A stretch of 62,799 nt of DNA, the filler included, from Hausera hauseri (taxonomy: Eukaryota), in the NCBI GenBank assembly GCA_046269625.1. It is 11 parts of 11 records of this genome, joined end to end, with 100 filler letters (N's around TTAATTAATTAA, not from the genome) between each part and the next. Parts side by side here need not be neighbours in the genome. Positions count along the whole stretch, not along the records: positions 16,771 to 29,427 come from JBJURY010021118.1; positions 29,528 to 34,821 come from JBJURY010287613.1; 9 more parts are not named here. One strand, 5' to 3'. The stretch's first letter is position 1; each line of letters starts with the position of its first letter. Of the stretch, positions 22,701 through 34,921 are shown one piece after another. The notes below the pieces were generated by a model. It was given only the letters and a program-made list of their open reading frames with translations. It was not told the DNA's origin and did not search any database. The translations under genes were made by a program, and so were the position numbers.

Positions 22701-25700
22701 GTGGTCTTCCATGCTGTGATGTTCCATGGTGTGTTTTTCCATGGCGTGGTCTTTCATGGTGTAATCTTTCATGGTGTGGTCTTTCATCGAATGGTCTTCC
22801 ATGTTGTGGTCTTTCATGGAGTGGTTTTCCGCGGTGTAATCTTACATGGTGTGGTTTTTCGTGCCCTGGTTTTCAATGGTATGGTCCTTCATGGCGTGGT
22901 CTTCCATAGTGTGGTCTTCTATGGTGTAGTCTTCCATGGTGTGGACTTTCATGTTTTGTTCTATCATTATGTTGATTTTTATAGTGTGGTCTTCCATGGT
23001 GTAATCTTTCATTGTGTGGTCTTTCGTGGCCCGATATTCAATGGTGTGGTACTTCATGGTGTGGTGCTCCATGGTGTGTTCTTCCATGGTTTGGTCTTTC
23101 ATAGGGCAATGTTTCATTGTGTAATGTTACGCGATGTAATCTTTCATTGTCTGGTCTTTGATCGTGTGGTCTTCCATGGTGCGGTCTTACGTGGTATGGT
23201 CTTTTGTAGGAAATGTTTCATGGTGTGGTGTTACGCGGTGTTATCTTTCATGGTGTGGTTTTGCATGGTGTGTTCTTCCATGGTGTTGACTTTCATGTTG
23301 TGTTCTTTTATTATGCTGATTTTCATGGTGTGGTCTTCCATGTGTGGTCTTCCATCGCGTGGTCTTCCACAGTGTGGTCTTCCATGGTGTTGTCTTTAAA
23401 GGTGTTGTCTTCCATGGTGTGCTCTTCCGTAGTGTGGTCTTCCACTGTGTGGTCTTCCATGTTGTGGTCTTCCATGATTTGGTCTTTTATGATGTGGTCT
23501 CCCATGGTGTGGTCCTTCATGGTGTCGTGTTCCGTGGTGTAATCTTTTATGATGTGGTCTTCCATTGTGTAGTCTTTCATGGTGTAGTCTTCCTTGGTTT
23601 GGTCTTATATGGTGTAGTCTTCAATCGTGTGGACTTTCATGTTGTTTTCTTTCATTACGTTGATTTTCATGGTGTGTTCTTCCATGCGGAACACTTTCAT
23701 GGTGCAGTCTTCCACGGTGTAATCTTTCATGGTGTGGTCTTTCATCGTGTGGTCTTCCATGGTATTGTCTTCCATGGTGTGTTCTTCCATTTGTGGTCTT
23801 TCATGTTGTAAACTTTCATGGTGTAGTCTTTCATCGTGTGGTCTTCCATGATGTGGTCTTTCATGGTGTGGACTTTCCTCGTGTGTTCTTTCATTATGCT
23901 GGTTTTTATGATGTGGTCCTGCATGGTGTGGTCTTTCATTCTGTTGTCTTCCATGGTGTGGTCTTCCATGTTGTGGTCTTCCATGGCGTGAACTTTCATG
24001 TTGTGTTCTTTCATTATGTTGATTTTCCTGGTGTGGTCTTCCATGTTGTGGTCTTCCATGGTGTGGACTTTTATGTTGTGTTCTTTCATTATGTTGATTT
24101 TCATGGTTTGGTTTTCCATGCTGTAATCTTTTATGGTGCGGTCTTCAACGATGTTATTTCATGGTTTGGTTTTTCGTGGCGTGGTCTTCCATGGTTCAAT
24201 CTTCCATAGTGTGGTCTCTCGTAGCCTGATATTCAATGATATGGTACTTTATGGTGTGGTCTTCCATCGTGTGGTCTTCAATGGTGTGTTCTTCCATTTG
24301 TGGTCTTTCATGGTGTAAACTTTCATGGTGTAGTCTTTCATCGTGTGGTCTTCCATGATGTGGTATTTTATGGTGTGGACTTCCATAATGTAATATTTTA
24401 TGGTGTGGAGTTTCGTGGCCTGATATTCAATGATGTGGTACTTCATGGTGTGGTCTTCCATGGTGTGGTCTTCCATGGAGTGGTCTTCCTTGATGTGAAC
24501 TTTCATGTTGTGTTCTTTCATTATGTTGATTTTCCTGGTGTGGTCTTCCATGGTGTGGTTTTTCATGCTGTGGTCTTCCACGGATTGGTCTTCCCTGTTG
24601 TGATCTTCCATGGTGTGGTTTTCCATGGTGAGGTGTTTCATAATGTGGTGTTCCATGGTGTAATCTTTCATGCTGCAGTCTTCCATGGTGTAATCTTTCA
24701 TGGATTGGTCTTTCGTGTCCTGGTCTTCAATGGTATTGTATTTCATGGCGTGGTCTTCCATGGTGTGGTCTTCTATAGTGTAATGTTCCATGGTGTGGAC
24801 TTTCATATTGTGTTGTTTTATTATGTTGATTTTCATAGTGTGGTCTTCCATGGTGTAAACTTTCATAATGTGGTATTTCGTGGACTGATATTCAATAGTG
24901 TGGTACTTCATGGTGTGGTCTTTCATCTTGTGGTCTTCCATGGTGTAATCTTTGATGTTGTGTTCTTTTATTACGTTGATTTTCATGGTGTGGTCTTCCA
25001 TGATGTGGTCTTCCATGGTCTAAACTTTCCTAATGTGTTTTCACATTATGTTGGTTTATATGTTGTGGTCCTCCATGGTGTGGTCTTTCATGGTGTAATC
25101 TTTTGTGGCCTGATATTCAATGGTGTGGTACTTCATGGTGTGGTCTTTCATCTTGTGGTCTTCCATGCTGTGGACTTTGATGTTGTGTTCTTTTATTACG
25201 TTGATTTTCATGGTGTGGTCTTCCATGGTGTTGTGTTTAAAGGTGTTGTCTTCCATGGTGTGGCCTTCCGTGGTGTGGTATTCCAATGTGTGGTCTTCCA
25301 TGTTGTTGTCTTCCATGATGTGGTCTTTCATGGTGTGGTCTTCCATCGTGTGGTCCTTCATGGTGTGGTGTTCCGTGGTGTAATCTTCCATGATGTAGTC
25401 ATCGATTGTATGGTTTTTCATGGTGTGGTCTTGCATGGTGTAGTCTTATATGGTGTAATTTTCAATGGTGTGGACTTTCATTTTGTGTTGTTTCATTATG
25501 TTGATTTTCATAGTGTGGTCTTCCATGATGTAATCTTTCATGGTGTGGTCTTTCGTGGCCTGATATTCAATAGTGTGGTACTTCATGGTGTGGTCTTACA
25601 TGGTGTGGACTTTCATGGTGTGGTCTTCCATGGTGTGGTCCTTCATGGTGTGGTGTTCCGTGGTGTAATCTTCCATGATGTGGTCATCGATTGTATGGTT

Positions 25701-28700
25701 TTTCATGGTGTGGTCTTCCATGGTGTAATCTTTCATGGTGTGGTCTTTCGTGGCCTGATATTCAATAGTGTGGTCCTTCATGGCGTGGTCTTCCATGGTG
25801 TGGTCTTCTATGGTGTAGTCTTCAATGGTGTGGAATTTCATGTTGTGTTCTTTCATTATGTTGATTTTCATAGTGTGGTCTTCCATGGTGTAATCTTTCA
25901 TGGTGCAATTTTTCGTGGCCTGATATTCAATGGTGTGGTACTTCATGGTGTGGTCTTCCATGGTGTGGTCTTCTATGGTGTGTTCTTCCATGGTGTGGTC
26001 TCTCATCGTGTAATGTTTCATGGTGTATTCTTTCATATTGTGGTCTTCTATGGTGTCGTCTTACATGGTGTGGTCTTTCATAGGGCAATGTTTCATGGTG
26101 TGGTGTTACGCGTTGCAATCTTTCATGGTGTGGTCTTGCATGGTGTGGTCTTCCATGTTGTGTTCTTTAATGGTGTGGTTTTCCATGGTGAGGTGTTTTA
26201 TAGTGTGGTGTTTTATGGTGTAATCCTTCATTGTGCGGTCTTTCGTTCCATGGTCTTCAATGGTATGGTCCTTCATGGCGTGGTCTTCTATGGTGTGGTC
26301 TTCTATGGTGTAGTCTTCGCTGGTGTGGACTTTCATGTTGTGTTCTTTCATTATGTTGATTTTCATAGTGTGGTCTTCCATGGTGTAATCTTTCATGGTG
26401 TAATCTTTCGTGACCTGATATTCAATAGTGTGGTACTTCATGGGGCGGTCTTCAATGCTGTGGTCTTTCATTTTGTGTTCTTCCATGGTGTGGTCTCTCA
26501 TCGTGTAATGTTTCATGGTGTGGTCTTTCATCTTATGGTCTTCCATGGTGTGTTCTTCCATGGTGTGGTCTCTCATCGTGTAATGTTTCATGGTGTGGTC
26601 TTTCATCTTGTGGACTTTCATGTTGTGTTCTTTTATTATGTTGATTTTCATGGTGTGGTCTTCCATGCTGTAATCTTTCATGGTGCGGACTTCAACGGTG
26701 TAATATTCCATGGTGTGGTCTTTCGTGGCGTGGTCTTCCATGGTTCAATCTTCCATGGTGTGGTCCCTCATTGTGTAATCTTTCATGGTGTGGTCTTTCA
26801 TGTCGTGGATCTCCATAATGTAATCTCTCATGGTGTGGTGTTTCGTGGCCTGATATTCAATTGTGTGGTATTTCATGGTGTTGTCTTCCATGGTGTGGTC
26901 TTCCATGGTGTGGTCCTTCATGGTGTGGTCTTACATGGTGTGGTCTGTCATAGAACACTCTTTCATGGTGTGGTGTTACGCGGTGTTATCTTTCATGGTG
27001 TGGTCTTGCATGGTGTGGTATTCCATGGTGTGGACTTTGATGTTGTGTTTTTTCATTATGTTGATTTTTATGGTGTGGTCTTCCATAGTGTGGATTTTCA
27101 TGCTGTGGTCTTCCATGGTGTGGTCTTCCCTGTTGTGGTTGTCCATTGTGTAATTTTTCATGGTGAGGTGTTTCATAATGTGGTGTTCCATGGTGTAATC
27201 TTTCATGCTGCGGTCTTCCATGGAGTAATATTTTATGGTGTGGTCTTTCATAGCGTGGTCTTCTATGGTGTAATCTTTCATGGTTTGGTCTTTCGTTCCC
27301 TGGTATTCAATGATATGGTCCTTCATGGCGTGGTCTTCCATGGTGTGGTCTTCTTTGGTGTGATCTTCCATGGTGTGGACTATCATGTTGTGTTCTTTCA
27401 TTATGTTGATTTTTATAGTGTGGACTTCCATGGTCTAATCTTCCATGCTGTGGTTTTTCATGTTGTGGTTTTCCGCGGTGTAAACTTTCATGGTGTGTTC
27501 TGCCATGGTGTGGTCCTTTATGGTGTGGTGTTCCGTGGTGTAATCGTTCATGATGTGGTCTTCCATGGTGTGGTCTTTCACGGTGTGGTCTTCCATGGTG
27601 TGGTCTTATATGTTGTGGTCTTCCATGGTGTGGACTTTCATGTTGTGTTCTTTCATTATGTTGATTTTCATGGAGCGGTCTTCCATAATGTTGCCTTTAA
27701 AGGTATTGTCTTCCATGGTGTAATCTTCCATGCTGTGGTTTTTCATGTTGTGTTTTTCCGCGGTGTAAACTTTCATGGTGTGGTCTGCCATGGTGTGGTC
27801 CTTTATGGTGTGGTGTTCCGTGGTGTAATCATTTATGATGTGGTCTTTCATGGCGTGGTCTTTCATCGTGTGGTCTTCCATGGTGTGGTCTTCCATGGTG
27901 TGGTTTTCCACGGTGTGGTCTTCCACGGTGTGGTCTTCCAATGTGTGGTCTTCCATGGTTTGGTATTCCATGCTGTGGTCTTTCATTGTGTATTCTTTCA
28001 TGTTGTGGTCTTTCATGTTGTGGACTTTCCTGGTGTGTTCTTTCATTCTGTTGGTTTTCATGATCTTGTCCTCCATGGTGTGGTATTTCACGGTGTAATC
28101 TTTCATGGTGTGGTCTTCAATGGTGTGGTCTTCCATGGTGTGGTCTTCCATGGTGTGGTATTTCTAGGTGTGGTTTTTCACGGTGAGTGGTCTTCCATGG
28201 TGTTGTCTTCCATGGTGTGGTCTTCCATGGTTTGCTTTTTCAAGGTGTGGTCTTCCATGATGTGGTCTTCCGTGCTTTGGTATTCCATGGAGTGGTGTTT
28301 CATACTGTGGTCTTCGATGGTGTGGTTTCTCACTGAGTAAACTTTCATGGTGTGGTCTTTCATCGTGTAGTCTTCCACCGTGTGGTCTTCCATGGTTTGG
28401 TATTCCATGTTGTCGTCTTCCATGGTGTGGTCTTTCGTGTTGTGTTCTTCCATGGTGTAATCATTCATGGTGTGGTCTTTCATGGCGTGGTCTTTCGTGG
28501 TGTAAACTTTCATGGTGTGGTCTTCCATGGTGTGGTCTTTCATGCTGTGGTGCTTTTTGTTGCAATCGTCCAAGATGTGGTCTTGCAAGGTGCGGTCTTC
28601 CATGGTATTATCTTTCATGGTGTAGTCCTTTATGGTGTGGTCTTCCACTGTGTGCTCTACAATTGTGTGGTCTTCATGGTGTGGACATTCCTGTTGTGTG

Positions 28701-29427
28701 CTTTCATTATTTGGTTTTCATGATGTGGTCCTCTATGGTGTGGTATTTCGCGGTGTAATCTTTCATGGCGTGGTCTTCAATGGTGTGGTCTTCCATGGTG
28801 TGGTCTTCCATCGTGTGGTATTCCATGGTGTCGTCTTCCATGGTGTGGTCTTTCGTGTTGTATTCTTCCATGGTGTAAACATTCATGGTGTGGTCTTTCA
28901 TGGTGTGGTCTTTCGTGGTGTAAACTTTCATGGTGTGGTCTTCAATGCTGTGGTCTTCCATGTTGTGGTCTTCCTAGGTGTGGTTTTTCACGGTGTGTTT
29001 TTGTCCATGGTGTGGTCTTCCATGGTGTGTACTTCCACAATGTGATTTACCATTGTGTGGTCTTTCATGCCGTAATCTTTCATGATGTAGTCCTCCATGG
29101 TGCACTCTTATACGGTGCAATCATTCATGGTGTGGTCTTTTATAGTGTTGTCTTCAATGGTGTGGTCTTCCATGGCGTGGTCTTCCATGGTGTGGTCTTC
29201 CTAGGTGTGGTCTTTCACGGCGTGGTCTCCATGTTGTGGTCTTCCATGGTTTGGTTTTTCAAGGTGTGGTCTTCCATGGTGTCGTCTTCCATGGTTTGGT
29301 ATTCCATAGTGTGGTCTTCCACGGTGTGATCTTTCATGGTGTGGTCTTCAATGGTGTGGTCTTCCATGGTTTGCTTTTTCAAGGTGTGGTCTTCCATGAT
29401 GTGGTCTTCCGTGCTTTGGTATTCCAT
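16771..29427. repeat. 15-bp minisatellite array, consensus CATGGTGTGGTCTT(C/T), ~12.6 kb
   Basis: The whole contig is this unit with point variants. It translates as (HGVVF)n on plus and (MEDHT/MKDHT)n on minus. Confidence 0.98.
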
Positions 29428-29530
29428 NNNNNNNNNNNNNNNNNNNNNNNNNNNNNNNNNNNNNNNNNNNNTTAATTAATTAANNNNNNNNNNNNNNNNN
29501 NNNNNNNNNNNNNNNNNNNNNNNNNNNAAA

Positions 29531-30036
29531 TTGAGAATGTATGAGCTTAATTATATCGAGTTGGAGTCTTATAGGCAACAGTTTAATTGTGAGTTAAATA
29601 TTGTTGCTGGTGACACTGACAGTTTCTTCATTGAATGCCATGGTGTGGACTTACAATCCCAACTGCTACCAGCAATGATAACAAATGAACAGTTAGATAT
29701 ATCTAACTGTGACAAAAGTGATCCACTGTACTCTACTCGTTTCGCTTCTGTCATTGGCAAATTCAAAGACGAAAATCATATGCCCTCAAAACCCAATCCA
29801 AACTAGTGCTCAAGTGCAAAGGAATCAACCTCAAGCAAACAGACTTACTATTCAGTAACTACTTCCAGGCGTAAAAAACCGGTTGCGGCACTATGGTAGG
29901 TCAAGAGCGAATTGGCAGTAAGGACCACCAGCTCATGACCATCACCTCAAAAAAGAAAGCACAGGATCCCTTCGATGACAAACGACACTGGGTTGATAAA
30001 AACCATAGTGTCACATATGGACATTATTCTATTTGA
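29531..30036 (+). pseudogene. Polinton/Maverick-type PolB, C-terminal fragment (family 2)
   Basis: VAGDTDSFF, VIGKFKDE, KCKG, then KKKAQDPFDDKRHW...VTYGHY*, the typical end of this PolB group. Confidence 0.85.
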
Positions 30037-30532
30037 TTGCTTGTATATTAATAACTAGTTATTTCTTGTCATCTTTTTTCACAAATAAGGGGTGGGAATA
30101 GTGAAATCCAGTTGGCCCCACTGCTTCCTGATTGGTCCTCTACTCCCATTGGCAAATTTTTCCTTCACATGATGACGTGTTCGCCTTCCACTGGCTTCCT
30201 TCCTTCCCTGGAGGGGGTTTGGGGCCAAGTCCTCACATCCATCTACTTATGTGCATCGCATGTCGCAAATCTTATTGTTTTATTCGACATCTGCTCCCAG
30301 CAAATCGGATAAGTTTTCAACATTTTGAAATAATGCAAGATTAATGCAAGTAAATGTCGCACTGTATTGATTATTTAAATTTATTGATTTTATTGATCTA
30401 AGTTTTACTTGGTCTTAACCTATATAGCAATTACTTAGTTTTTCTTGGCCTTATCCTCTATCCCACATTACTTGATTAATAAGACAACACGATATTTCTA
30501 TACAACATTTATTAAACAATAAATAACAATAT

Positions 30533-33500
30533 TTACAATGCCACATGTCCATGAGGTAGTTTGTGGATTCCATCTTCAAGACTGTGCCTTTTGTTATCGA
30601 ACCAATCGAGGCTTTACTTCCACAGCGCAACCGTGGCAATCTGATGTTCCCGGGACTGGATCCTCTTTATTTCGCAGACGATGTGAGTTTGTTCCCACAA
30701 CACTCTCAAAATCTACAAAGCCTATGTCTTTAGTTAATGTGACCCTTTGAATTCACTTGGCTCGCTTCTTTACCTGACCACTTACATCGATGGCGTACAT
30801 TTTTGATCTCAACGCAACAAAACGGGTGATAATCTTCCCATTCACCTCTTCTTTAAACTTCCCGAGGACCTTCTTGTTGACGGTTGAGTAATTTTGATGA
30901 TCCTTCGGATAGTCCGAGATATTCACATACTGCGCCAATTTTGCAAACTTTTCAACGACATCATCTATATGGATCTGGTATATGAAACTGTCTGTGTCTA
31001 TGTACATTAACTGGAGCTCCATGAATGTGGGGACCATGATGTTGTAATGAAAGTCGTACATCAAGGTCTTGGATAGATCCAATATGGACATGCCTACATA
31101 TATAAGCTTGTTGAACTCAAGTGATGTCTTAAGCATATTGATGCTCACCAGGTTCTCCGTGTAGATTGTGCTGCTGTGGACGTTGGGCTTAGTGATGAGT
31201 TTCTTTGCCTTCTTCCAGTCACATACCAGCTCAATGTTTATCCGGTTTTGGATGTTCTCCATAATTTTGCCAAAGACCGAGTTGTTATACAGCTTGAATT
31301 GGGCCTTTCGAACTCGTTCCGGGTATTGGCCGTCAACTGGGTATTGAGGCCTATGTATGGACTCAGCCATTTGGACTGGCTAAACTGCAGGGCTCTATGA
31401 ATCCTTATGACTCGGAGTCCATTTTTGATGGCCAGTTGGAGATTTATGTAGTGGGCTACATACCCCTTCTTGTTTTTGAGGTTCCAGAGCCGTTTCTTAT
31501 GCTTATCATTCGGCGGCCTCTTGCTCTCCGGCAGAAAAAGCAGCGGCTCAGGCCTTGTGTGGATGCTATTTGGGTATTCCACATCCACCTCCAGTATGTA
31601 GCCAGTATCTCCATTTGGATCTATAACTTCAATATCCAAGACTTGCTGCTACTCCACCCATTGAAAGTTATCATAGGGCAATGGGTTGCTCATTGCCCAT
31701 CCATATAGATTGTTGGTATCCATGTATGATATATATGAGGATTCCTTGGATGGATCTTAATCTGCCATGTATTTGTTGTTGGACTCGCTGTACCTGTGAA
31801 TGGCCTGGCAGATTCCGCCCCTGATGCCTCTCGCAATCATGAGGACCATATTGTAATCCTTCAAGATCTGGAGCCTTATACCGGTATAGCGGAGCATAAC
31901 TGCCCAAGTCATTCCTGCAGCTGTAAAGAAATGGGCTAGATCTAACTTGTGGCTCTTAAGGGTCACATCCCGGAAGCTTTCCAAGACATCTGTAAGCAAC
32001 AGCACATCTGTGAGGAGAAAGATATCACTGTATTCCCCTATTGTCCTGCACTGGAAGGTCTGCCACACTCTTTGGGCGTGCTCATAGTCAGCATCACTAA
32101 TATGACTGTATGACAACTGACTATAGAAGTCCTCCTTGGCCGGTAATGCATCTTCATCCAGTGCTTTCCATGACGTTATATAGTCATAGGGGAACACTCC
32201 TTTCCGCCTCACCAGGTCAAATGTAATCGGGAGCAACCTCTTCGTCTCCTTGAGCTCATCACCTGGAAGGTTCTTCACGAGGCTGTCCAGTGAAGAGCTC
32301 ATGAAGCGGAAGCTATCAATGAAGCGAAGTCTGATGCGGCCCACATGCTTCATGAAGGTGATGTTGTTCTCACTATTTGGAATCACATCAATGTTCCCTC
32401 AATATTACCCAATTCTCTAACAATGAAGTGGGAATCGTATCCACTAGGATTGTGGAATACCACGGGAACATATGTACGTGTCTTGCAGCGTAAGTTGCAA
32501 CTGTTGCATGCTGCGCCTCGTTATATGCCTGTAAAATGGCAGAGAACCCTAACTTTGTTATTGTTCCATGTGAATGGCTTTCTGCATAAGTAGCATGTTG
32601 ATGCTTTGCGCCATTTACATTTTTCTTGCTGCGACATCACCACGTAGCTCTTATGCTGCTGCAACATGTCTTCAAGTTTGTGGGCATACTGTTCCAGGCG
32701 TCGCATAAAATGTGCTTCTGCATTTACACCCCTGTATAGGTAGGGTTCATTGTCAAGTCCTTTGGCATACATGCAGTATGATGATAACTCATGCTACTCG
32801 TATGCTGTAGTACTGCTTTGCTGTGGATTGGGGCTGCAGTTGTGAACTGGACTGAGGATGGCCTCAAAGTCACAATATATAACAATCGGCACCTTCTGCA
32901 TTTTCTCGAACTCCTTAAATTCCAGGTAATCCTCCTTGGGGAATTCTGCTCGGATGCAATAGTTTGTATTGTAGTAGGTCTTGCGCTCCTCCAGCTTTTC
33001 TGCGGCTGTGTCTCCATTAAAATGGGTAAAGCATCTTTTGCATATTTCCGTCCTTGATTTATGCTTGGATATTTGGGATCCTACGAGGCGCCCAAAATTC
33101 TTGATCATCTAGCAGGAGCAGATCCCTATGATCCTCCAATTTCTCCTTGCACACATGTAAGGGATAAAATTTGTCCTCCTCCAATCAGAAGATGTTGATG
33201 GAGATGTTGTTCAAGCTTTCAAATTTCATGACTTCATCTAGGCTCGGTGGGAATGAAATACAGCTGAAGTTGTATGTGTGCTACACTTTGTTATATATTC
33301 AAACTCGGAAAGCATTATGTTGATTCTGGACTAGTTTTGACAAAACAGAATATCTGAAGCACATGCTGTCCTCATTATGGACGTTGATGCATGCCTTTTC
33401 TTAACTATCCATTCAAAGAGTAGTATGTAGGAGCTGCCTCTCGTGGGACAATACTTGTACACATGCACAAGTAACCCCTTTATTGTTGCTAAAGTCCAAC

Positions 33501-34137
33501 CGCTCTTCTTGTCCTGGCTTTCTTCGGCTTCGCGGATGAGCCTTGAATAGTCCTCTGTAATGATATCCTTAATGTTAGAGAATTTTAATAGTGGCCTGTT
33601 CTTTGTCTTGAAGGCTCTACTAGACAGCTCTCCTTTGACATTGGTGAAGGTGGCTTCCAATTTAAAGTTCACCTTAAGGGCCTTCAGCTCCAACAAGTTG
33701 TCCTGGAGAATGCCTGCTGCCTCCTCCTTTAAATATTCCAGGAATTCATGGAGCGATGTCTGCCCCGCTGCTGCTATGAAGTATCGCCGCACTTTGCTCT
33801 TCAGTGCCGCTACATCAACTGGCCGCTGTCCTTGGCTTTTTGATGGAGCATCTGCTGCTATTTCTGATATGCGTTTTAGTCCTGCATCGGGCCTTGCTGC
33901 TAAAGCAGGCTGTACAACTGGTTGTGCTGACGAAGCAGGATGCTGCTCATTAAATATGACCTTCTTTGACTTTGATGTGAACTCAGTCAAATGATGTTTG
34001 TTATCTTCATAAAACTTCATGTATTCTCCATAACATACAGCCTCACATCCTGGGCAGATAAAATAGATGATCCTATTGAATTTGTGTCCATAATAGCTCC
34101 TCATAGTATTGACAGTTCTAAGGCTTGTATATTGCAT
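30533..34137 (-). pseudogene. Polinton/Maverick (adintovirus-like) protein-primed DNA polymerase B, near full length, decayed (family 1)
   Basis: SGW..., ICKRCFTHF, IYCDFEAIL (ExoI), CYLC..VR..CHFTG.RGAAC..CNL (endonuclease VII-like), FIDSFRFM, KGVFPYDY, RGIRGG, DINNLYGWAMS, KLYNNSVFGK, YIDTDS, LRSKMY, FDNKRH..PHGH. Many frameshifts. Confidence 0.93.
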
Positions 34138-34210
34138 AAGTGCAATACACGTATGAACTGCATCTTTGATTTTCCTTTAAAGTCGTTATTGATATATTTG
34201 CACTGAATAT

Positions 34211-34417
34211 TTATTTTTTCGACTTGATAAAGAAAATCAAGTGATGTTTATGGACATTGTAAAAGTCGTCATAATTGATTTGGCACACTACCTTACATGT
34301 ATGGCATATATAATACAGAACCATGTTGTATAAATGGTCAAAGTACTTCTTCATAATACTGTGACAATTTTCAGGATCGTGGATTTGAACCAAACATTCG
34401 CTGTAAAGTTTGCACAT
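34211..34417 (-). CDS. Cys/His-rich module, first of two tandem copies at the PolB N-terminus
   Basis: YICHTCKVVC..YDDFY..HKHHL..FIKSKK recurs at the start of the next ORF as FICPGCEAVC..YMKFY..NKHHL..FTSKSKK. Confidence 0.55.
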   Translation of the reverse strand: MCKLYSECLVQIHDPENCHSIMKKYFDHLYNMVLYYICHTCKVVCQINYDDFYNVHKHHLIFFIKSKK

Positions 34418-34921
34418 CTAAAAATCAACCCAATTATTTTGAGGAGCACAAATAAAAAACTCACAATTCGTTGAAGTGATTTTTGAAATAATGAAATATA
34501 TTGCCATATCACCATGTAATGCCTCGCTTATTGATTGGTTTTAATGCGCTTTTTGTTTTAATGCATCAATTAAATATATGGCGCCGCCAACTTCAAACAG
34601 GTTTACCTATATGGGAAATTGAATGACGTCATTAGATTCTTCGAATAATGCATGCTTGACCGAATATTCGAGTTCGAATAGCTAAGCATTCGACTTGTAA
34701 GCTCGAATTCGAACATCTGATGCCATATTCCAGTTCAGCATACATGACTTCCTATCCCGCCGCGCTTATAGAATTATTAATTTTCGCTTCACTGGGCTTT
34801 AAATGCACATTTGCTTAATTTNNNNNNNNNNNNNNNNNNNNNNNNNNNNNNNNNNNNNNNNNNNNTTAATTAATTAANNNNNNNNNNNNNNNNNNNNNNN
34901 NNNNNNNNNNNNNNNNNNNNN

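Noticed and set aside
16719-29475. Dozens of (HGVVF)n and (MEDHT)n ORFs as genes
   Set aside because: They follow from a 15-bp unit with stop-resistant codons. There are frameshifts, ORFs on both strands and no unique flanking domain.
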